Part shown: positions 60,345 through 64,000 of the stretch, piece after piece
How positions within the stretch are numbered: the stretch's first letter is position 1
Layout of the letters: each line of letters starts with the position of its first letter
Assembly (NCBI GenBank): GCA_963555995.3
Contig: OY821641.1
Span: 2,688,001 to 2,752,000 of the forward strand
From: Vicinamibacteria bacterium
Lineage (GTDB): Bacteria; Acidobacteriota; Vicinamibacteria; Marinacidobacterales; Marinacidobacteraceae
DNA length: 64,000 nt
Direction of reading: 5' to 3'
The notes under the pieces: model-generated
Told to the model about the DNA's origin: nothing
The model's database searches: none
What the model saw: the letters and a program-made list of their open reading frames with translations, nothing else
Translations under genes and position numbers: made by a program

Positions 60345-61106
60345 CTAGGCGATGCCCGGCTCGGGGCGCACGCCCATCAGGCGACCGGTGCGGCCGATGG
60401 CCGCTCCCATGACCGTCATGCCCCAGAAATAGCCGGGAATGGCGCCGATCAGGCAGAGAATGACGGTCAGGTCGGCGATGATCGAGAACAGGATCAGGCT
60501 CAGCAGCAGGACGATGTAGTTGCCGAAGTTGGCCCGAATCAGGCCGACGTTCTCGTTCAGCCGGAAGGCCGCGGTGAACCGGCCGGTCGCCGCCAGTTGC
60601 ACGATCCCGGCCGGGATGAGCGCCTTGGCGAGCAGCGCCGCGAACACGAGGAAGAAAATGGAGGCGAGGCTCCCGATCACCGAGGTCGCCACCACCGCCG
60701 GAGAACCCATGGACTGTCCGATCAGCGCCCAGAAGACGCCGATGGCCACGAGAACCAGGCCCATCACGACCGCCGCCAGGGTGTAGCCCGCGATCACCCC
60801 GAACACCTTGATCCCGTCCAGCAGCACCCCTCCGAAGTCATCCCAGTCGGCCATCGGGTGCTCGTCGCCGCGCAGGGCGCCCCGGGCGGTGCGCACGCCG
60901 AAGCCGAGCAGGGCCAGCAGGCCCAGGCCGAACAGCGGGATGAGCACCACCATGAGGCTGCCGATCACGAACTTGGAGAGCGCCTTCGGGTCCCGGAACG
61001 CAAAGGTGAACAGACCGCCCAGGTCGAATCGCTCCGGGGCCGGCGGCAGGGGTGGCGGCGGGGGCGGCGGCTCGTCCGTCGGCAGTACTGGCTGTTCTTC
61101 GGTCAT
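60345..61106 (-). CDS. DUF4013-like membrane protein
   Basis: FAFRDP...KFVIG...LIP..G..ALLGF......MADWDD; multi-TM. Confidence 0.78.
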   Translation of the reverse strand: MTEEQPVLPTDEPPPPPPPLPPAPERFDLGGLFTFAFRDPKALSKFVIGSLMVVLIPLFGLGLLALLGFGVRTARGALRGDEHPMADWDDFGGVLLDGIKVFGVIAGYTLAAVVMGLVLVAIGVFWALIGQSMGSPAVVATSVIGSLASIFFLVFAALLAKALIPAGIVQLAATGRFTAAFRLNENVGLIRANFGNYIVLLLSLILFSIIADLTVILCLIGAIPGYFWGMTVMGAAIGRTGRLMGVRPEPGIA

Positions 61107-61136
61107 GCGATGTCCCTCTGCAATCCGTAACGGATT

Positions 61137-61979
61137 TCAGTCCGCCGCGGTTTCCACCGCTTCCAGCTCGACGCCCATGATGCGGCCGGCGTGACCGATC
61201 GCGGCGCCGGACGCCGTCCAGGTCCAGAAGAGGCCCGGCACCAGACCCACCAGGAAGAGCGACAGGCTGAGGTTGGCGAGGATCGCGAAGAGCACGAGGA
61301 TCAGCAGCAGGAGGATGTAGGTCCCCGGGTGGGCGCGGATCCGCCTCAGGTTCCGGATCCAGCCGAGGGCCGGGCGGATCCGTCCGGTAGCGGCGAGTTG
61401 CATCAGCCCTGCCGGCAGCAGCGCCTTGGCGAACCCGGCCAGCAGCACCACGAACCAGCCGGTGACGACCAGGCCGAAGACCGCCGCCGCTCCCATCAGC
61501 CCGGCTCCGGCAACCGGGACCGCGACCATCTCGGGCAGGATCTCGCCGAAGACGTCGGGGGCGACCCCGCTGTCCAGCGCGGCGCCCGCCACCGCGGCGA
61601 AGATCCCGCCGGCAATCCCGACCGCCACCAGACCGATCAGGGCGCCCACCAGGAAGAGCCCGCCCCCAACGACGGCCACCACGGCGGCATGGACGAGGAC
61701 GACCGCCACCACCCGCAACCCGTCGGCGAGCTGGCTGGCCACCGCATCCCAGCCGGGCATGGGGTGCTCTTCTCCCCCTAGCGCGCCGCGCGCCGTCTGG
61801 ACCGCGAAACCGAGCAGCCACAGCAGGCCGAACCCGAGGAACGGGATCAGCAGGACCGCCAGGCAGCCGATCATCCACTTGCGGAACGCCCTTGGATCGC
61901 GGAACGCGAAACCGAGCAGGAAACCGAGGTCAATCCGCGCTGGCGGCGCGGCGGCAGCGGTGGTCGCTTCGTCGTTCAT
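61137..61979 (-). CDS. DUF4013-like membrane protein (tandem paralog)
   Basis: Collinear with 60345-61106 (FAFRDP, TARGAL, KAL.PAG..QLAATGR, AAIG..GR.MGV). Confidence 0.78.
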   Translation of the reverse strand: MNDEATTAAAAPPARIDLGFLLGFAFRDPRAFRKWMIGCLAVLLIPFLGFGLLWLLGFAVQTARGALGGEEHPMPGWDAVASQLADGLRVVAVVLVHAAVVAVVGGGLFLVGALIGLVAVGIAGGIFAAVAGAALDSGVAPDVFGEILPEMVAVPVAGAGLMGAAAVFGLVVTGWFVVLLAGFAKALLPAGLMQLAATGRIRPALGWIRNLRRIRAHPGTYILLLLILVLFAILANLSLSLFLVGLVPGLFWTWTASGAAIGHAGRIMGVELEAVETAAD

Positions 61980-62010
61980 GGTGGCCCCCGGAGAGGCCGC
62001 TGACCGTGAA

Positions 62011-62206
62011 CAGTCGGTGGTGGAACTGGCGTGAGCGCCAGCCCCCCACCGGGAGAACTGGTGTCCGCTGGGCCTCGCTGACAAGGCGCGCAAGGGAGGA
62101 ATACCAAGCGTATTCCGACCGAAGCGCAACGATGAGCGCGCCGAAGCGAGCGGTTCAGCGGGGATTCAGCGGGCGTTGAATGCCGCGTCAGTTCCATCAC
62201 AGACTG
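62011..62206 (+). mobile_element. 196-bp diverged MITE, copy 6
   Basis: Termini CAGTCGGTGGTGGAA...TTCCATCACAGACTG; same CTGACAAGGCGCG/GGAATAC-GTATTCC/GCAACG core. Confidence 0.82.
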
Positions 62207-62230
62207 TTAGCCTTACCGCCCCTCGCGCCG

Positions 62231-64000
62231 ATGTTACATAACTCCTTCGGATCCTTGGAAAAACACCGCACTGCCGACGGGGACGTGCACGTCTACGCCC
62301 TCGAAGCGGTGGAGCGGGAAGGACTCGGGTCCATTTCCCGGCTTCCGTTCTCGATCCGGGTCCTGCTCGAGTCGCTGCTCCGCGGGGTGGACGGGCGGAC
62401 GGTTCGCGAAGCGGACGTGGCCGCCCTCGCGGCCTGGAACGCCGAAGCGCCGGCCCGGCGCGAGGTCCCGTTCCGGCCGGCCCGCGTCATCCTGCAGGAC
62501 TTCACCGGAGTGCCCGCGCTCGTGGACCTCGCCGCCATGCGGTCCGCGCTGGCCCGGATGGGCGGCGACCCCGCGCGGATCAATCCGAAGGCGCCGGTGG
62601 ACCTGGTCATTGACCACTCGGTGGTGGTGGATTCGTTCGGAACCCCGATGGCGGCCCACCGGAACGCCGCGATCGAGTTCGAACGGAACCAGGAGCGCTA
62701 CCGGTTCCTCCGCTGGGGAGCGGAGGCGTTCTCCCGCTTCCGGGTCGTTCCCCCCGCCACCGGCATCGTCCACCAGGTGAACCTCGAGCTCCTCGCCAAG
62801 GTGGTCATGGAGGACGGCGAGGGCGACGAGCGGGTGCTGCTTCCGGACACCCTGGTGGGAACCGATTCCCACACCACCATGATCAACGGCCTCGGCGTCC
62901 TCGGCTGGGGCGTCGGGGGCATCGAGGCCGAGGCGGCGATGCTCGGCCAGCCGTGCTACCTCATCACGCCGAAGGTGGTCGGTTTCCGCCTGAGCGGCGC
63001 CCTGCAGGAGGGGGTCACCGCAACCGACCTCGTGCTCACCATCACCGAGCGGCTGCGCGCCCACGGGGTGGTGGAGAGTTTCGTGGAGTTCTTCGGCGAA
63101 GGGCTCTCGGAGATCTCGCTCTCCGACCGCGCCACGGTGGCCAACATGGCGCCCGAATACGGCGCCACCATGGGTTTCTTCCCGGTGGACGCCGAGACCC
63201 TCTCCTATCTCCGCCGCACCGGCCGGAGCGACGAGGAGGTGGGCCGGGTCGAGGCGTACGCCAAGCGCCAGGGTCTGTTCCGGACCGACGCGACGCCGGA
63301 CCCGGAGTACACCGACGTGCTCGAACTCGATCTCGGAACGGTGGAGCCGAGTCTCGCGGGTCCGAAGCGGCCGCAGGACCGGGTGGCGCTCTCCGACATG
63401 CAGCGCGCCTTCCGCGCGTCCCTGACCGCGCCGGTGGCGGAACGGGGATTCGCCCTCGAGGCCGAGCAGCTCGCGCGGACCGCGAGCGCCGGGAACGGCC
63501 GCAACCTGGGCCACGGCGCGGTGGTGATCGCGGCGATCACCTCCTGCACGAACACCTCGAACCCCGGCGTGATGCTCGCCGCCGGCCTTCTCGCGCAGCG
63601 GGCGGTGGGGCTCGGGCTCACTACCCCCGATCACGTCAAGACCTCGCTCGCGCCGGGGTCGAAGGCGGTGACCGAATACCTGCGGGACGCGGGACTGCTC
63701 GGCCCCCTCGCCGATCTCGGCTTCCACCTGGTGGGCTACGGGTGCACGACCTGCATCGGGAACAGCGGACCGTTGCCGGAGCGGGTGGAGCGGGCCATCG
63801 AGAGCGCCGACCTGGTGGCGGCTTCCGTACTCTCCGGGAACCGCAACTTCGAGGGCCGCGTGCACGCGAGCGTGCGCGCCAACTACCTGGCGTCTCCACC
63901 GCTGGTGGTGGCCTACGCGCTCGCCGGCACCGTGGACATTGATCTGGAGGAGGAGCCGCTCGGAACCGGCGCCGACGGCAATCCGGTGTTCCTGCGCGAC
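62231..64000 (+). CDS. acnA: Aconitate hydratase A (partial; runs off window)
   Basis: Manual translation: [73 protein letters not shown]. Confidence 0.96.
   Translation, partial: MLHNSFGSLEKHRTADGDVHVYALEAVEREGLGSISRLPFSIRVLLESLLRGVDGRTVREADVAALAAWNAEAPARREVPFRPARVILQDFTGVPALVDLAAMRSALARMGGDPARINPKAPVDLVIDHSVVVDSFGTPMAAHRNAAIEFERNQERYRFLRWGAEAFSRFRVVPPATGIVHQVNLELLAKVVMEDGEGDERVLLPDTLVGTDSHTTMINGLGVLGWGVGGIEAEAAMLGQPCYLITPKVVGFRLSGALQEGVTATDLVLTITERLRAHGVVESFVEFFGEGLSEISLSDRATVANMAPEYGATMGFFPVDAETLSYLRRTGRSDEEVGRVEAYAKRQGLFRTDATPDPEYTDVLELDLGTVEPSLAGPKRPQDRVALSDMQRAFRASLTAPVAERGFALEAEQLARTASAGNGRNLGHGAVVIAAITSCTNTSNPGVMLAAGLLAQRAVGLGLTTPDHVKTSLAPGSKAVTEYLRDAGLLGPLADLGFHLVGYGCTTCIGNSGPLPERVERAIESADLVAASVLSGNRNFEGRVHASVRANYLASPPLVVAYALAGTVDIDLEEEPLGTGADGNPVFLRD

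Overview
High-GC (roughly 70%) bacterial chromosome segment. The gene content and synteny suggest Acidobacteriota, but that is an inference. Most of the window is core genes: larB (partial), dnaG-rpoD-tRNA(CAU)-zinc-ribbon protein-radical SAM, a division/cell-wall cluster (mraZ to ftsZ, pgeF), ychF, a topoisomerase IV-like A+B pair, an ECF sigma/STAS operon, comF, a lapA-lapB-like gene, rsfS-nadD-obgE-rpmA-rplU, rho, hisS, a trmJ-like gene, cstA with secreted hydrolases, fpg/nei, two DUF4013-like paralogs and acnA (partial). A lower-GC accessory patch (about 26.7-32.9 kb) holds a type II R-M pair split by an intact IS1182/IS5-like element, fused IS scars, and a three-gene membrane protein + ImmA/IrrE peptidase + small protein module. 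The most striking unannotated signal is a six-copy, mostly exactly 179-bp MITE that shares terminal repeats with the intact IS. Its copies show compensatory base changes and a strand-specific G-U bias, suggesting a conserved rod-shaped RNA, and its ends coincide with extended -10 boxes and stop codons. Other oddities: a second REP-like family with an 86-bp period, a ~150-aa acidic N-terminal extension on FtsZ, and two genes that appear to need CTG starts. All calls come from reading the sequence by eye; no searches were run.
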